A stretch of 36,155 nucleotides of DNA, taken from contig DASSXV010000051.1 of NCBI GenBank assembly GCA_035703635.1, positions 1 through 36,155 of the forward strand. Reading direction: 5' to 3'. This document shows positions 1-9,301 of the stretch, in pieces (position 1 is the stretch's first letter; each line of letters starts with the position of its first letter). This stretch comes from Trueperaceae bacterium. GTDB lineage: Bacteria > Deinococcota > Deinococci > Deinococcales > Trueperaceae. A program made the translations under genes and the position numbers. The notes beneath the pieces are model-generated. The model did no database searches. It had not been told where the DNA came from and saw only the letters and a program-made list of their open reading frames with translations.

Positions 1-255
1 CAGCTCTACGAGGAACGCGCGCTGGGCATAGACATGGAGACGGCGACCCTCTTCTCGGTCGGGTTCGCTAGCAAGGTCCCCATCGGCGCGCTGCTGCTCG
101 TGTCCGACTTGCCGCTCAAGCGCGGCGGGATCAAGACCAAGGACTCCGCCAGGGCGGTGTTCAGGGAGCACACCGACAAGCACATCGAGGTTGGTATTCA
201 GGCGATGAGCGAGATCGCTGAGCGCGGGGAGCATATTCGGCATTACCGCTGGTAG
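1..255 (+). CDS. amn: AMP nucleosidase, 3' part (truncated by window start)
   Basis: Frame open from base 1: QLYEERALGIDMETATLFSVGFASKVPIGALLLVSDLPL..GIKTK, ending HIRHYRW*. DMETA and LLLVSD..P are PNP/UDP-family motifs of the AMP nucleosidase type. Confidence 0.85.
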   Translation, partial: QLYEERALGIDMETATLFSVGFASKVPIGALLLVSDLPLKRGGIKTKDSARAVFREHTDKHIEVGIQAMSEIAERGEHIRHYRW

Positions 256-284
256 AAAGCCCCTGGCAGGAAGATGTATCTGTC
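244..284 (+). repeat. att-like repeat copy 1 (overlaps amn stop; attL-like)
   Basis: TACCGCTGGT-AGAAAG-CCCCTGGCAG-GAAG-ATGTATCTGTC. The right arm matches copies 2-4; the left side is amn coding sequence. Confidence 0.8.
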
Positions 285-418
285 AGGCTCTCCCAGCGCT
301 CTGGGCCTAGATTCGGACAGGCGCTCCTGCCCGACGACCACGATCTCCATCTGAGCCAGTTCGGCCCAAGGCGCCATCTCGTGAACGAGGCAGGGCGCCG
401 GAGCCTTGCGGCCACCGA

Positions 419-862
419 CTATCTCGACTTGTCGTTGGCCCTGGCGGTGCGTCTGATCGTCCCCGTAAGTTCGGTGCCCGGTGCGATGGTGTTGAAGACG
501 GTGCCGAACTTCTGGACGTTCTGGTGCAGGAGCTCGATACGGTTGTCGTTCTCGTCGGTGTCGATGATAATCTCGTACTCGATGGACTCCATGCGTGGGG
601 GCGTGTCCTGGCGGGTGCCGCGGACGTTGACGGTGACGCCGCGGGCTTGGAACTTGAGGATGGGCGTGACGCGCTCGATGCCTTTGATGATGCAGGCGGC
701 CAGCGCGGCGAGCAGGAGTTCGGCGGGGTTGAAGGCGTCCGTGCGTCCGCGGAGGTCGGTGTCGAGCGTGATCTGGGCCCGCTTCGTGCGCGCGGCGCTG
801 CCGTGGGCGTCAAGCCGCTGGGCGGTCACCCTGAAGCGCAGCTTGTCGTTGGGGCTTGCCAC
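419..862 (-). CDS. OsmC-family protein
   Basis: FNPAELLLAALAAC motif. GTG start at 862 with GGAGG 6 nt upstream; last gene of the ars operon. Confidence 0.85.
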   Translation of the reverse strand: MASPNDKLRFRVTAQRLDAHGSAARTKRAQITLDTDLRGRTDAFNPAELLLAALAACIIKGIERVTPILKFQARGVTVNVRGTRQDTPPRMESIEYEIIIDTDENDNRIELLHQNVQKFGTVFNTIAPGTELTGTIRRTARANDKSR

Positions 863-864
863 GG

Positions 865-1326
865 TCAACCTCCGGTCACCGTGGGTTCGGGCAGGAGCTC
901 GGCCTCGGTCGGTTTCCGCCCCTCCCTCAGGGCGTGGATGAGCTTCCGGCTGGCGTCGCCGATGGCGTCGCGCACCTCGCGCCAGCGCTCGGGGTCCTGG
1001 CCGCTGGGGTCGGGGAAGGAGACGTGCAGGCGCGTGGTCCTCGCAGGGTAGGCGGGGCAGGCCTCGTTGGCGGCGTCGCACACGGTGAGCACCAGGTCGA
1101 ACCCCCAGGGGTCGGGCAGGTCGTGGAGGGTCTTGGAGGCGTGGCCGCTGATGTCGACGCCGACCTCGCGCATGGCCTCCACCGCCTCGGGCTTCACGCG
1201 CGTGGCCTCGGTGCCGGCCGAGTGGATGTCGGCCTCGAGGCCAGCCTCGCGGGCGTGGTGCCTTAGCCAGCCCTCGGCCATCTGGCTGCGGGCGCTGTTG
1301 TGGGTGCACAGGACTAGGATCCTCAT
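865..1326 (-). CDS. arsC: Arsenate reductase ArsC (LMW-PTPase type)
   Basis: [20 protein letters not shown]-loop, TVCD..A.EACP and FPDPS motifs; ATGA overlap with the acr3 stop. Confidence 0.92.
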   Translation of the reverse strand: MRILVLCTHNSARSQMAEGWLRHHAREAGLEADIHSAGTEATRVKPEAVEAMREVGVDISGHASKTLHDLPDPWGFDLVLTVCDAANEACPAYPARTTRLHVSFPDPSGQDPERWREVRDAIGDASRKLIHALREGRKPTEAELLPEPTVTGG

Positions 1327-2447
1327 CGCGATGCTCCTTCGAGGCGTTCGGCTAACGCGGCCGTGGGGGCGCACGCTTCCTCGGCAGCGGTGAGCACGCC
1401 CGCGGGCGCGGGGGTGGTGGCCTTGAAGAGGCGGCCGCGCAGCCACAGCGCCACGCTGACGAGGCCGATGAGCAGCGGCACCTCCACGAGCGGGCCGATG
1501 ACGGCGGCGAAGGCGACGCCGGAGCCGAGGCCGAAGACGCTGACGGCCACGGCGAGGGCGAGCTCGAAGTTGTTGCTGGCGGCGGTGAACGACAGGGTGG
1601 CCGTCCTCGAGTAGTCGGCGCCTACCGCCTTGCCCATGAGGAACGACACCAGGAACATGATGACGAAGTAGAGCACCAGGGGCACGGCGATGACGAGCAC
1701 GTCGAGGGGACGGTCAAGTAGCGTGCCGCCCTGGAGGCCGAACATCATCACGATGGTGAAGAGCAGCGCCATGAGCGTGAGGGGGCTGATACGGGGGAGG
1801 AAGACGCCTTCGAACCACGCCTGGCCCTTGCGGGGGATGAGCAGCGCGCGGGTGAGGAGGCCGGCGGCGAAGGGGACGCCCAGGTAGATGAGCACGGCGC
1901 TGGCGATCGCGCCCATGGAGATGTCGACCACGCTGCCCTGCAGGCCGAGCAGGCCTGGCAGGACGGTGATGAACAGCCACGCGTAGAGGCCGAAGGCGAG
2001 GATCTGGAAGACGCTGTTGAACGCCACCAGGCCGGCGGCGTAATCGTTGTCGCCTTCGGCGAGCTCGTTCCACACCAGCACCATGGCGATGCAGCGCGCC
2101 AGGCCGATGAGGATGAGGCCCGTCATGTACTCGGGGTGATCGCGCAGAAAGATGACGGCGAGGGCGAACATCAGCACGGGCCCGAAGAGCCAGTTCTGCA
2201 CCAGGGAGAGCGCGAGGAGACGCCGGTTGCGGAACACCTGCGGCAGCTTGCCGTAGCGCACCTTGGCGAGGGGCGGGTACATCATGACGATGAGGCCGAT
2301 GGCGATGGGCAAGTTGGTGGCGCCCACGGAGAGGCCATCGAGCAGGTCGCCGAAGCCGGGTGCGAGCGCGCCTAAGGTCACGCCCAGGGCCATGGCGGCG
2401 AAGATCCACACCGTGAGGTAGCGGTCGAGGAGCGAGAGGCGCTTCAT
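1323..2447 (-). CDS. acr3: ACR3-family arsenite efflux transporter
   Basis: [53 protein letters not shown] motifs. Confidence 0.95.
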   Translation of the reverse strand: MKRLSLLDRYLTVWIFAAMALGVTLGALAPGFGDLLDGLSVGATNLPIAIGLIVMMYPPLAKVRYGKLPQVFRNRRLLALSLVQNWLFGPVLMFALAVIFLRDHPEYMTGLILIGLARCIAMVLVWNELAEGDNDYAAGLVAFNSVFQILAFGLYAWLFITVLPGLLGLQGSVVDISMGAIASAVLIYLGVPFAAGLLTRALLIPRKGQAWFEGVFLPRISPLTLMALLFTIVMMFGLQGGTLLDRPLDVLVIAVPLVLYFVIMFLVSFLMGKAVGADYSRTATLSFTAASNNFELALAVAVSVFGLGSGVAFAAVIGPLVEVPLLIGLVSVALWLRGRLFKATTPAPAGVLTAAEEACAPTAALAERLEGASR

Positions 2448-2767
2448 GCGGGGGCCAGTTCGGCGCGCGCCTCGGCCGCGGCGGCGAAGCCCTCCAGGGC
2501 GCCGGCTAGCTCGCGTAGCGCGGCGGGCTGGAGCTCGTAGTACACCCAGCGGCCGCGGCGCTCACCCGTCACCAGGCCGGCGTCGACGAGCTGCTTCATG
2601 TGGTGGCTGACGGTGGGCTGGGTGAGCTTGAGATAGGTCTCCAAGTCGCAACCGCACACGCCGTCGTCACGGGTGCAGTAGCTCTCTACCGGCTCGGCGA
2701 GGAACTGCAGGATCTTGAAGCGAGTGGGGTCGCCCAGCAGCTTCAGCTTGTCGGGGTACTCGTCCAC
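2444..2767 (-). CDS. arsR: ArsR/SmtB transcriptional repressor (start GTG 2767 or ATG 2791)
   Basis: [49 protein letters not shown] overlap with acr3. Confidence 0.9.
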   Translation of the reverse strand: MDEYPDKLKLLGDPTRFKILQFLAEPVESYCTRDDGVCGCDLETYLKLTQPTVSHHMKQLVDAGLVTGERRGRWVYYELQPAALRELAGALEGFAAAAEARAELAPA

Positions 2768-2769
2768 GG

Positions 2770-2872
2770 CATCGATGCTAATCGATGGCATAGACGGATG
2801 TCTATGGGGCGGAGGTCCCGCGCGCTCCGCAGCGGGCATTGACGGACATCGATGCATCGACTACTGTCGATG
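2770..2872. promoter_or_regulatory. Four 18-bp palindromes (CATCGAC-N4-GTCGATG type), putative ArsR operators
   Basis: CATCGATgctaATCGATG 2770-2787, CATAGACggatGTCTATG 2789-2806, CATTGACggacATCGATG 2837-2854, CATCGACtactGTCGATG 2855-2872, in the divergent promoter region. Confidence 0.7.
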
Positions 2873-2958
2873 TGGTTGGCGGCGGTCGCTCGGGCCGTGA
2901 TCGGCTCGCAGTGGTAGGCCGCCGCCCCGACACCTCACGGACAGGCAGGGAGCCATCC

Positions 2959-3504
2959 ATGACCACTGCGGAGTTCATAGCCCGACTCGAGCCCCACGCC
3001 AACGAGCCTCTCATCTTCAGTGCCGCCGGCGCGCGCGTGCCGGGCGGCTACCACGTCACCGAGTTCAAGTCCACGAGCGTCAACGCCATGGACTGCGGCG
3101 GCCGCGCCGCTGCCTGGCAGGAGCTCGTGCTGCAGGTGCTGCCGCCCGCCGCCGGAGAGGGAGAGGCGCCCATGAGCGTCGGCAAGTTCCTCTCGATCTA
3201 CCGGCGCGTGGCCAACGCCCTGCCGCTCCCGGCCGACGCGTTGGTGCGGATCGAGTACGGCGCAGCCGGTGAGCGCGCCGTCAGCTACCCGGTCGGGGCA
3301 ATCGCGAGAGGTGCCGGGGGCGTGATCGTCGAGCTGGCGGCGCCGACAGTCGCCTGCAAGGCCAACGACCACACCGTGGGCAACGTCCCTGCGGTGGCCG
3401 CTCACGCAGTGCTTGTGGGCGGCTCCCGCGCTCAAGCGCTGCAAGCTACCGGCTGCTGCGCGCCCGCAGTGAGCGGCTCGACGTCATCGGCCTGCTGCGC
3501 GTAG
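2959..3504 (+). CDS. DUF6428-family protein (ars-associated, Cys-rich C-terminus)
   Basis: VPGGYHVTEFK...MDCGG...WQELVLQ motif; ends CCAP...SACCA; GGGAG RBS before ATG 2959. Confidence 0.8.
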   Translation: MTTAEFIARLEPHANEPLIFSAAGARVPGGYHVTEFKSTSVNAMDCGGRAAAWQELVLQVLPPAAGEGEAPMSVGKFLSIYRRVANALPLPADALVRIEYGAAGERAVSYPVGAIARGAGGVIVELAAPTVACKANDHTVGNVPAVAAHAVLVGGSRAQALQATGCCAPAVSGSTSSACCA

Positions 3505-3962
3505 GTCTGCCGCAAGCGTAGCTCGCCGAACTGGGAGAAGAACCGGCAGCGTCCATCGAAGCCCTCGGGTACGACGGCGTGGCGTGGCCTCGGCGCCTCA
3601 CCGTGATGGCACCCGAGTGCGATGGCCGGAGTCGAGAGCCGTGTGCACGCGACATGCCGATCAGCCATGGAGGGCGCAATGCTTCCCGCCGAGGCGCTTT
3701 TGGCGCCCTTAGGGTCGGATGGCGTTTCCTCTGCGGCGGGATCATGCGGCTGCAAAGTTGCCCGTGCTTCGATGGGGCTGCGAGCCTGCTGTTCGCCTCG
3801 GTGCCTTCTACGCTCTCTCCCCGAGACGTCCGCCTAGTTCGGCGCCTCGAAATCGAGAAGGAAACGAAACGACCGAAGAGAAGACGATTCAAGAAAGGCC
3901 TCGGAAACTCCCACGGCGGCCCTTGGAGGAAATGCCGTCCTAGTCGCGTGTCTGTAAGAAGA

Positions 3963-4015
3963 CAATAGGTAACTACTACCGCTGGTGAAGCCACCGGCGG
4001 GAAGATGTTTCTGAC
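3963..4015 (+). repeat. att-like repeat copy 2
   Basis: CAAT-aggtaa-CTAC-TACCGCTGGT-GAAG-CCACCGGCGG-GAAG-ATGTTTCTGAC. Confidence 0.8.
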
Positions 4016-4098
4016 TCTTACGCCCCTTGCGAATTCGCGTGGTCAGGGAGCCGAAGTTTGGCCCTGTCAGCCGCCTTCATATTCCATCCACGCCCTTT

Positions 4099-4793
4099 CT
4101 ACGGGCCCTGCCTGGCGCCGCTCAGGATCGGCCCGATGAAGGCGTTTATGTCTTTCATCAGGTCAGGGAAGCTGTCGGGGGAGGTCTGGCGGATGCGCTT
4201 CAGGAAGGCGCTCCACTGCACTTGTCGACCCTGGTCGTCCGCGAACGCGGGTGCGAAGAGGCGGTGCGCTTCGGGGATCGCCGTTCCTCTCCGGTTGAAG
4301 GTCGCTTCGATGGCCCTGTGGAGGTCCTGGGCACCGAAGGCCTGGCTGATAGCAAGCTGGTGGATGTCGTAGAAGTCCTTGTAGCGGGAGTTGACCTCGT
4401 AGAGGACGGTGGCGGCTTGGAGCTTCTCGGCGATGACGGTTTCGAGCGAGTAGGCGAGGACGTTCGGCGGCGGGGCATCGAGGAGCGTCGGGTAGTCGAG
4501 TTAGGTGGGGCCCGATGGAAGAGCGTCACCGAGGCTGGCGTCGCCCGGCCCATGAAGTCGATGTCGCGGGTAGGGCGCGAAGCGAGCCCGAAATTGCCGT
4601 ACAGGTACAGGCCGCCTTTGAGGATGAGCCGGTCGCGGTGGCTGCTGTGCGCGAGGCGCGCCAGCCACCTTTCTTGCACGTAGAGAAGTTGCAGGCGGTT
4701 GTAGTCGACGCCTTGGTCGCTGTAGTCGACGCCTTGGTCGCGTGCGAGGTTCCTCAGGCGCTGGTGCACGGAGGCAGCCATGTTGGCCGTCAT
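4099..4793 (-). pseudogene. abiEii: AbiEii nucleotidyltransferase toxin, disrupted
   Basis: N-terminus LILKGG...RPTRDIDF, then an internal deletion/frameshift. Another frame reads GDALPSGPT*LDYPTLL...YSLETVIAEKLQA...NSRYKDFYDI. Also a 21-bp tandem duplication at ~4701-4742. Confidence 0.85.
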
Positions 4794-5416
4794 AGGAGCG
4801 CCTCGAGGTAGGTGCGCATCTGGCCGTGCTCGCGGCGTACGCGCGCCGCCTCCATCACCTCGGCGGGGTTGGGCCTTGGCTTACGCCTGCGCACGTAGGT
4901 CTGGAGGGCTTCCAGGAAGAGGTCGTTGCCGAGCTCGTTGCGGTAGTAGAGCATGTCGGCGAGAGTCTTCTCGGGGGAGTAGACCTTGAGCGTGGCCGGG
5001 CCGGCGGGGTGCTCCTCGATCCCGTAATGGTAGACGCGTTCGGTGAAGTAGTAGAAGCGCACGGGCGGGTAGTCGATGGGGGGTGTGCGGGCCTTATTGG
5101 GGATGGCTAGGTCGATCTCTCCCGGTACTATCGTGCTGAGCTCGTGGAAGGAGAGGGCGCTGCGGAGGCAGACGACGCCTTTGGGGATGCGGAGCGCCAG
5201 CTCGACGTACGTCTCGTCCGTCAGGGCTGGGGCGGTAGCGTCGCGGTAGACGCCGCGCTGGACGCGCTCGGCGCGGCCTTGCTCCACCCAGGCTGAGAGC
5301 AGGTGCGGGTCGATGCCGGCGTCGACCACCTGCTGGCGCCGCAGGTAGCCTTGGTGCTTCTTGAAGAGCTGCTCGAGGCGGGTGGCGGGGGTCTGCTGGT
5401 CGTGGGGGGCTTCCAT
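4790..5416 (-). CDS. abiEi: AbiEi type IV TA antitoxin / transcriptional regulator
   Basis: ERVQRGVY, GVVCLRSALSFHELST..P, VYSPEKTLAD motifs; ATGA overlap with abiEii; probable start ATG 5416. Confidence 0.9.
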   Translation of the reverse strand: MEAPHDQQTPATRLEQLFKKHQGYLRRQQVVDAGIDPHLLSAWVEQGRAERVQRGVYRDATAPALTDETYVELALRIPKGVVCLRSALSFHELSTIVPGEIDLAIPNKARTPPIDYPPVRFYYFTERVYHYGIEEHPAGPATLKVYSPEKTLADMLYYRNELGNDLFLEALQTYVRRRKPRPNPAEVMEAARVRREHGQMRTYLEALL

Positions 5417-5718
5417 ATAGTGTAGGTACCTTAGCACGAAGCACCGACGGTTTGTGGGCCTGGGAGGACGGCATCGATATGGTGTAACAGTGAGGTTGAG
5501 CCCTGTAGGCTTACGTGTTCGTCCAAAGCGGGCAGTTCTAGGTTTCGTAGAGGGGGCGTACCTCACGCAATCGTTGTCCTGGACGGCCTTCGCCGACGTC
5601 ACCCCACGCCAGTCCCAGTTCATAACCCCGTAAGGGGTCACCAGTAAGACTTTGCGGGCGGGAATCTTGCGGGTTCCCGCCCCGTACCGTTTTGGAGCCC
5701 CGACCGATTGGACAGAAC

Positions 5719-5966
5719 ATGCTCAAGAACCGGCCGCAACTCCTCGCCGTGCTCCTCGGCCTCACGCTGCTCCTGGCCGCCTGCCAGGACCCGCCGCCCA
5801 CGCTGGCCAGGTAGCCGGCGAGAACGTCACCGCCGAACTCACGCCCGCCCCCGACTGCACCTACGCCTTCGAAGGCACCCTCACCAGCACGACCCTCGCT
5901 GGCGCGTACGAACCACTCGCCTGCCCGGGCGGGCAGAGCGGCACGTGGGCGCTCGAGCTGCGATGA
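5719..5966 (+). pseudogene. Frameshifted lipoprotein
   Basis: MLKNRPQLLAVLLGLTLLLAAC-QDPPPTLAR* (5719-5814) continues in another frame as [11 protein letters not shown]...SGTWALELR* (to 5966), whose stop overlaps the next ATG. Confidence 0.65.
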
Positions 5967-6106
5967 AGCGCGCCCGCCTCGCCGCGCTCCTGGCGATCGC
6001 CACCCTGCTCCTGGTCGCCTGCCAGGACCCCACCCGCAACCCCCTCACCGGACCACGGCCCAACCAGTGGGACGCCAGCGTCTGGGACAACGCCCAATGG
6101 GAGTAA
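5963..6106 (+). CDS. 47-aa lipoprotein with C-terminal W-D-x3-W-D-x3-W motif
   Basis: [47 protein letters not shown]; lipobox LVAC; ATGA coupling. Confidence 0.75.
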   Translation: MKRARLAALLAIATLLLVACQDPTRNPLTGPRPNQWDASVWDNAQWE

Positions 6107-6111
6107 TAACC

Positions 6112-7608
6112 GTGAAGCGCACCCTCACCCTCCTGCTCACCCTGCTCCTCGTCGCCCCCGCCGCGCTGGCGCAGACCACGCCCGAACTGTTCATCTTCAA
6201 ACCCGGCACCTCGATCCGTGCTGACGAGATGAACGCCAACTTCCAGCTCCTACGCGACCACATCAACAACGCCCTCGGCCTCGCCGACATCACCAGCGAA
6301 GACCTCGAGGAGCTCGCCCACCTCGTGGCGCAGATCCAGGCCCTCGCCGAGTCTGGCGAGCTGCACGGCACCAGCCTCGAGTACGCCTGGGACGGCACCC
6401 GCCTCGGCATCCGTGCCGAAGGGGACGAGGCGTACGCCTACGTCGACCTCCTCGGCCCCGCCGGCCCCCAAGGCGCAACCGGCCCCGGCTTCGAGTACGC
6501 CTGGAACGGCACCCAACTCGGCGTCCGCGCCGAAGACGAGGACGAGTTCACCTACGTCGACCTCCGCGGCCCCCAAGGCCCCACCGGACCCCAAGGCGAA
6601 CAAGGCGAACGCGGTGAACCCGGCGCCGCCGGTCGCGACGGCGCTGACGGCCGCAACCTCGTGTTCGAGTGGAGCGGCACGCAACTAGGCGTCGGCTACG
6701 AGGGTGGCATCATCTTCTTCTCCGACCTCCAAGGCCCACAAGGCAACCAGGGCGAGCATGGCCCACGCGGCGAGGCCGGCCCCCAAGGCCCGCAGGGCGA
6801 ACGCGGCGAGACCGGCCCCCAAGGCCCCAAAGGCGACCAAGGCGAGGCCGGACCCCAAGGCACCCCCGGCCCGCAAGGCGAACGCGGCGACACCGGCCCC
6901 CAAGGACCAACCGGACCCCAAGGCGAACCCGGACCCCGCGGCGACACCGGAGCAACCGGCCCGCAAGGCCCCACCGGCACCCCCGGTGCCGACGGCCGCA
7001 CCCTCCTCAACGGCAACTTCCCACCCCCCGACACCATCGGCCAAGACGGCGACTTCTACATCAACACCAACACGTGGCAGATCCACGGACCCAAACAAGC
7101 CGGCACCTGGGGACCCGGCGCAAGCCTCACCGGCCCTCAAGGCCCCCAAGGCGAACCCGGCGCACCCGGCCCCGAATACCACGCCGGCTACGGCCTCCGA
7201 ATGGACGGCACCACCATCAGCCTCCAGAACGCCCAAGCCCTCCCCGCGTGCGGCGCGCACGCCGTACCCAAAACCGACAGCTACGGCGAGTGGACGTGCG
7301 GTCCCGCCTTCGGCACCGACCCAGGCGACTACCCCACCCAGGTCGACGGCAGGGAGGTCACCGACTGCGTCATCGGTGACGTCTGGCTCACCGCCGGCGT
7401 CGTCGGCGGCGGCGCCATCGCCAACGGCGCCCTGTTCAGCATCGCCCAAAACACAGCCCTCTACTCCCTCCTCGGCACCCGGTACGGCGGCGACGGCGTG
7501 ACCACCTTCGCCCTCCCCGACCTCCGCGACTCCGCCCCCCGCAGCCGCAACGGTCCCGCCCTCAACTACGTCATCTGCATCCACGGCCTCTACCCCAACA
7601 GGTACTGA
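6112..7608 (+). CDS. Secreted collagen-like fibre protein with C-terminal phage tail-collar domain
   Basis: Signal peptide (GTG 6112; ...AALA-Q), EMNANF motif, three (E/F)xWxGTxLG repeats, long G-X-Y tracts, and IGDVWL...[30 protein letters not shown] tail-collar motif. Confidence 0.85.
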   Translation: MKRTLTLLLTLLLVAPAALAQTTPELFIFKPGTSIRADEMNANFQLLRDHINNALGLADITSEDLEELAHLVAQIQALAESGELHGTSLEYAWDGTRLGIRAEGDEAYAYVDLLGPAGPQGATGPGFEYAWNGTQLGVRAEDEDEFTYVDLRGPQGPTGPQGEQGERGEPGAAGRDGADGRNLVFEWSGTQLGVGYEGGIIFFSDLQGPQGNQGEHGPRGEAGPQGPQGERGETGPQGPKGDQGEAGPQGTPGPQGERGDTGPQGPTGPQGEPGPRGDTGATGPQGPTGTPGADGRTLLNGNFPPPDTIGQDGDFYINTNTWQIHGPKQAGTWGPGASLTGPQGPQGEPGAPGPEYHAGYGLRMDGTTISLQNAQALPACGAHAVPKTDSYGEWTCGPAFGTDPGDYPTQVDGREVTDCVIGDVWLTAGVVGGGAIANGALFSIAQNTALYSLLGTRYGGDGVTTFALPDLRDSAPRSRNGPALNYVICIHGLYPNRY

Positions 7609-7657
7609 CCCAACCCACTGAAGTCACCCCCCCACCCAACCGCACCCAATACCCCCT

Positions 7658-7692
7658 CGAGGGCGCCCCCGCAACACCAAGGGGCGCCCTCG
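7658..7692 (+). terminator. Stem-loop downstream of collagen gene
   Basis: CGAGGGCGCCCC-N11-GGGGCGCCCTCG, perfect 12-bp stem; weak U tract. Confidence 0.55.
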
Positions 7693-7912
7693 CTCATTAA
7701 CGGCCAAGGCAGAGGCCATAGCGCCAGCCCCCACGGGCCGGCGCACCCCCAACACCAGCGCCCTGAACGGTCCTGGGTCTTGTGGAGTGCAAACCTCACA
7801 CAGTCGTCGTCTCGGACGCGACTTTGGGAGTCGTCAAAACAAGTGCCGGAGCGCCGCTCGAAGCGAGTCGCGCCGCTGACGCGAGATGCCGCGTCTCCAT
7901 CGAGAATCGGCG

Positions 7913-7973
7913 TCAAATCAATCGACCGCTACTACCGCTGGTAGGAATCCACCGGCGGGGAAATGTCTCTGAC
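7913..7973 (+). repeat. att-like repeat copy 3
   Basis: TCAAAT-CAAT-cgaccg-CTAC-TACCGCTGGT-AGGAAT-CCACCGGCGG-GGAA-ATGTCTCTGAC. Confidence 0.85.
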
Positions 7974-8053
7974 CGCGTCGCTGGGCGTGCTTCGGACGTG
8001 TCTGGGCACATAGCCAGGAAGGCAAGCAGCTCCAGCAAGGCTAGACGGTCCAG

Positions 8054-9301
8054 CTACTGCTGCTCACCTGTAGGCAGGCCGGCTGCGCGGCCCTCGAGGA
8101 GGTTCTGCGTGAACCATGAAACGTCTGCCGTCAGTCGTGGGTGGGCTCGAGGGTGCGGATCTTCACGATGGACGGTCTCGAGCACCGTACCGAGCGCCTC
8201 GTCGATGATGGACTCAGTGTCGGCAAGGCCCCATGAGAGGGCTTCCTCGACGAGATGGCTCCGCGTGACATGCGCGTGGCGGTACTCGCCGGCGACCGCG
8301 AGCGCCATCTCCCCGTCGTTCCGTTGGTGCGCTTGCGGTACGAAGTCGTAGGCCGGGGCCAGCTCCACGGTTCCCCCTTCGAGATGCAGGAGGGAGATGT
8401 TCTTGGCGTGCATGTCCAGGTTCCCGACGGCGGCGGCTAGCACCACCATCCGGAGGAGCGCCTCGCGGCTCTCGGGCCCTGTGTGCTGTTCGAGCAGGCG
8501 CGCGATGCGTGCCAGGCTGGCCTTCCCGCCGTATCGCTGGTACTTTTCGTCGCCGCTCGCGCCGAGGGCCTGGTTGAAGTCCTCCTGATGGAGGCGTGCT
8601 TGCGGAGCGTCGGGGGAGCGGTCGTAGCGCTCGATGACCAGCGCCGGCACGCCTGCGAACTCTTGGATCCACGTGCGGTATGGGATCAGTCCTACGGCGC
8701 GGGCTAGGCGGGCGCCGTACTCCTCGTCGTAGATGACGGTGGGGAGGCCCTCGGGCACGGGTTTGAGGATGTGGCTGGAGGGATAGCCGTCGAGTGCTCT
8801 GTTCCAGCCGTCCGCGGTATGCGCCAGGACGATCTTGTCCTGCACCCCGGCCAATGACGACTTGCCGCCCCGGGGCTTGTTGCCTAGCGGGAAGTCCTGC
8901 ACGTTCTCGAGCAGCTCTGCCACCCCGGCCTCGTCGAGCGGTTCGAGCCTTGGTTGGCGGGGCTCGCCGGGTACGTCCGGGTCCCAGATCTGCAGCGCCC
9001 CGGCGACGTCGCGACCGTAGCGGCGGAGCAGCCCGATGGTGTCGCTCTCGGGCACGTTCGCTTCCTGAGCCAGCCGCTTCAGCATGCGGCCTTCGGGAAG
9101 GAGCTCTTGGAAGAAGTTGCGCCGCTTCTGCTTGTGCGCTCGAGTAGGCACCACTGCTAGCGGGACGGCGACCGACAGTATGGGGCTGTCGATACCGAAT
9201 GTCCTCACGGCGCCTGGCTCGAACTGCAGGTCGAACGTGCGCCAGTCGCCCTCCAGCGTGCCGATTCTGGTGCCGTACAGTTCGACGACCAGGTCAGCCA
9301 T
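8054..9301 (-). CDS. hipA: HipA-family Ser/Thr kinase toxin
   Basis: N-terminal couple domain (FFQELLPEG), SSLAGVQDK, HILKP, LVIERYDR, LHQEDFNQALG, GNLDMHAKNISL, LAPAYD. Confidence 0.95.
   Translation of the reverse strand: MADLVVELYGTRIGTLEGDWRTFDLQFEPGAVRTFGIDSPILSVAVPLAVVPTRAHKQKRRNFFQELLPEGRMLKRLAQEANVPESDTIGLLRRYGRDVAGALQIWDPDVPGEPRQPRLEPLDEAGVAELLENVQDFPLGNKPRGGKSSLAGVQDKIVLAHTADGWNRALDGYPSSHILKPVPEGLPTVIYDEEYGARLARAVGLIPYRTWIQEFAGVPALVIERYDRSPDAPQARLHQEDFNQALGASGDEKYQRYGGKASLARIARLLEQHTGPESREALLRMVVLAAAVGNLDMHAKNISLLHLEGGTVELAPAYDFVPQAHQRNDGEMALAVAGEYRHAHVTRSHLVEEALSWGLADTESIIDEALGTVLETVHREDPHPRAHPRLTADVSWFTQNLLEGRAAGLPTGEQQ

Noticed and set aside
3505-3960. Several overlapping ORFs, and a short LAELGEE..SIEALGYDG stretch faintly like an HsdM C-terminus
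   Set aside because: No convincing domain or RBS; the similarity is too short to support. No integrase motif was recognised here.
6250-7584. Long alternative-frame and antisense ORFs over the collagen gene (and similar ones over xfp, lysA, aceE, DUF3084)
   Set aside because: Shadow ORFs caused by high GC and repetitive codons.
6112-7608. Prophage, based on the tail-collar domain
   Set aside because: No capsid, terminase, integrase or other tail genes, and the protein has a signal peptide.
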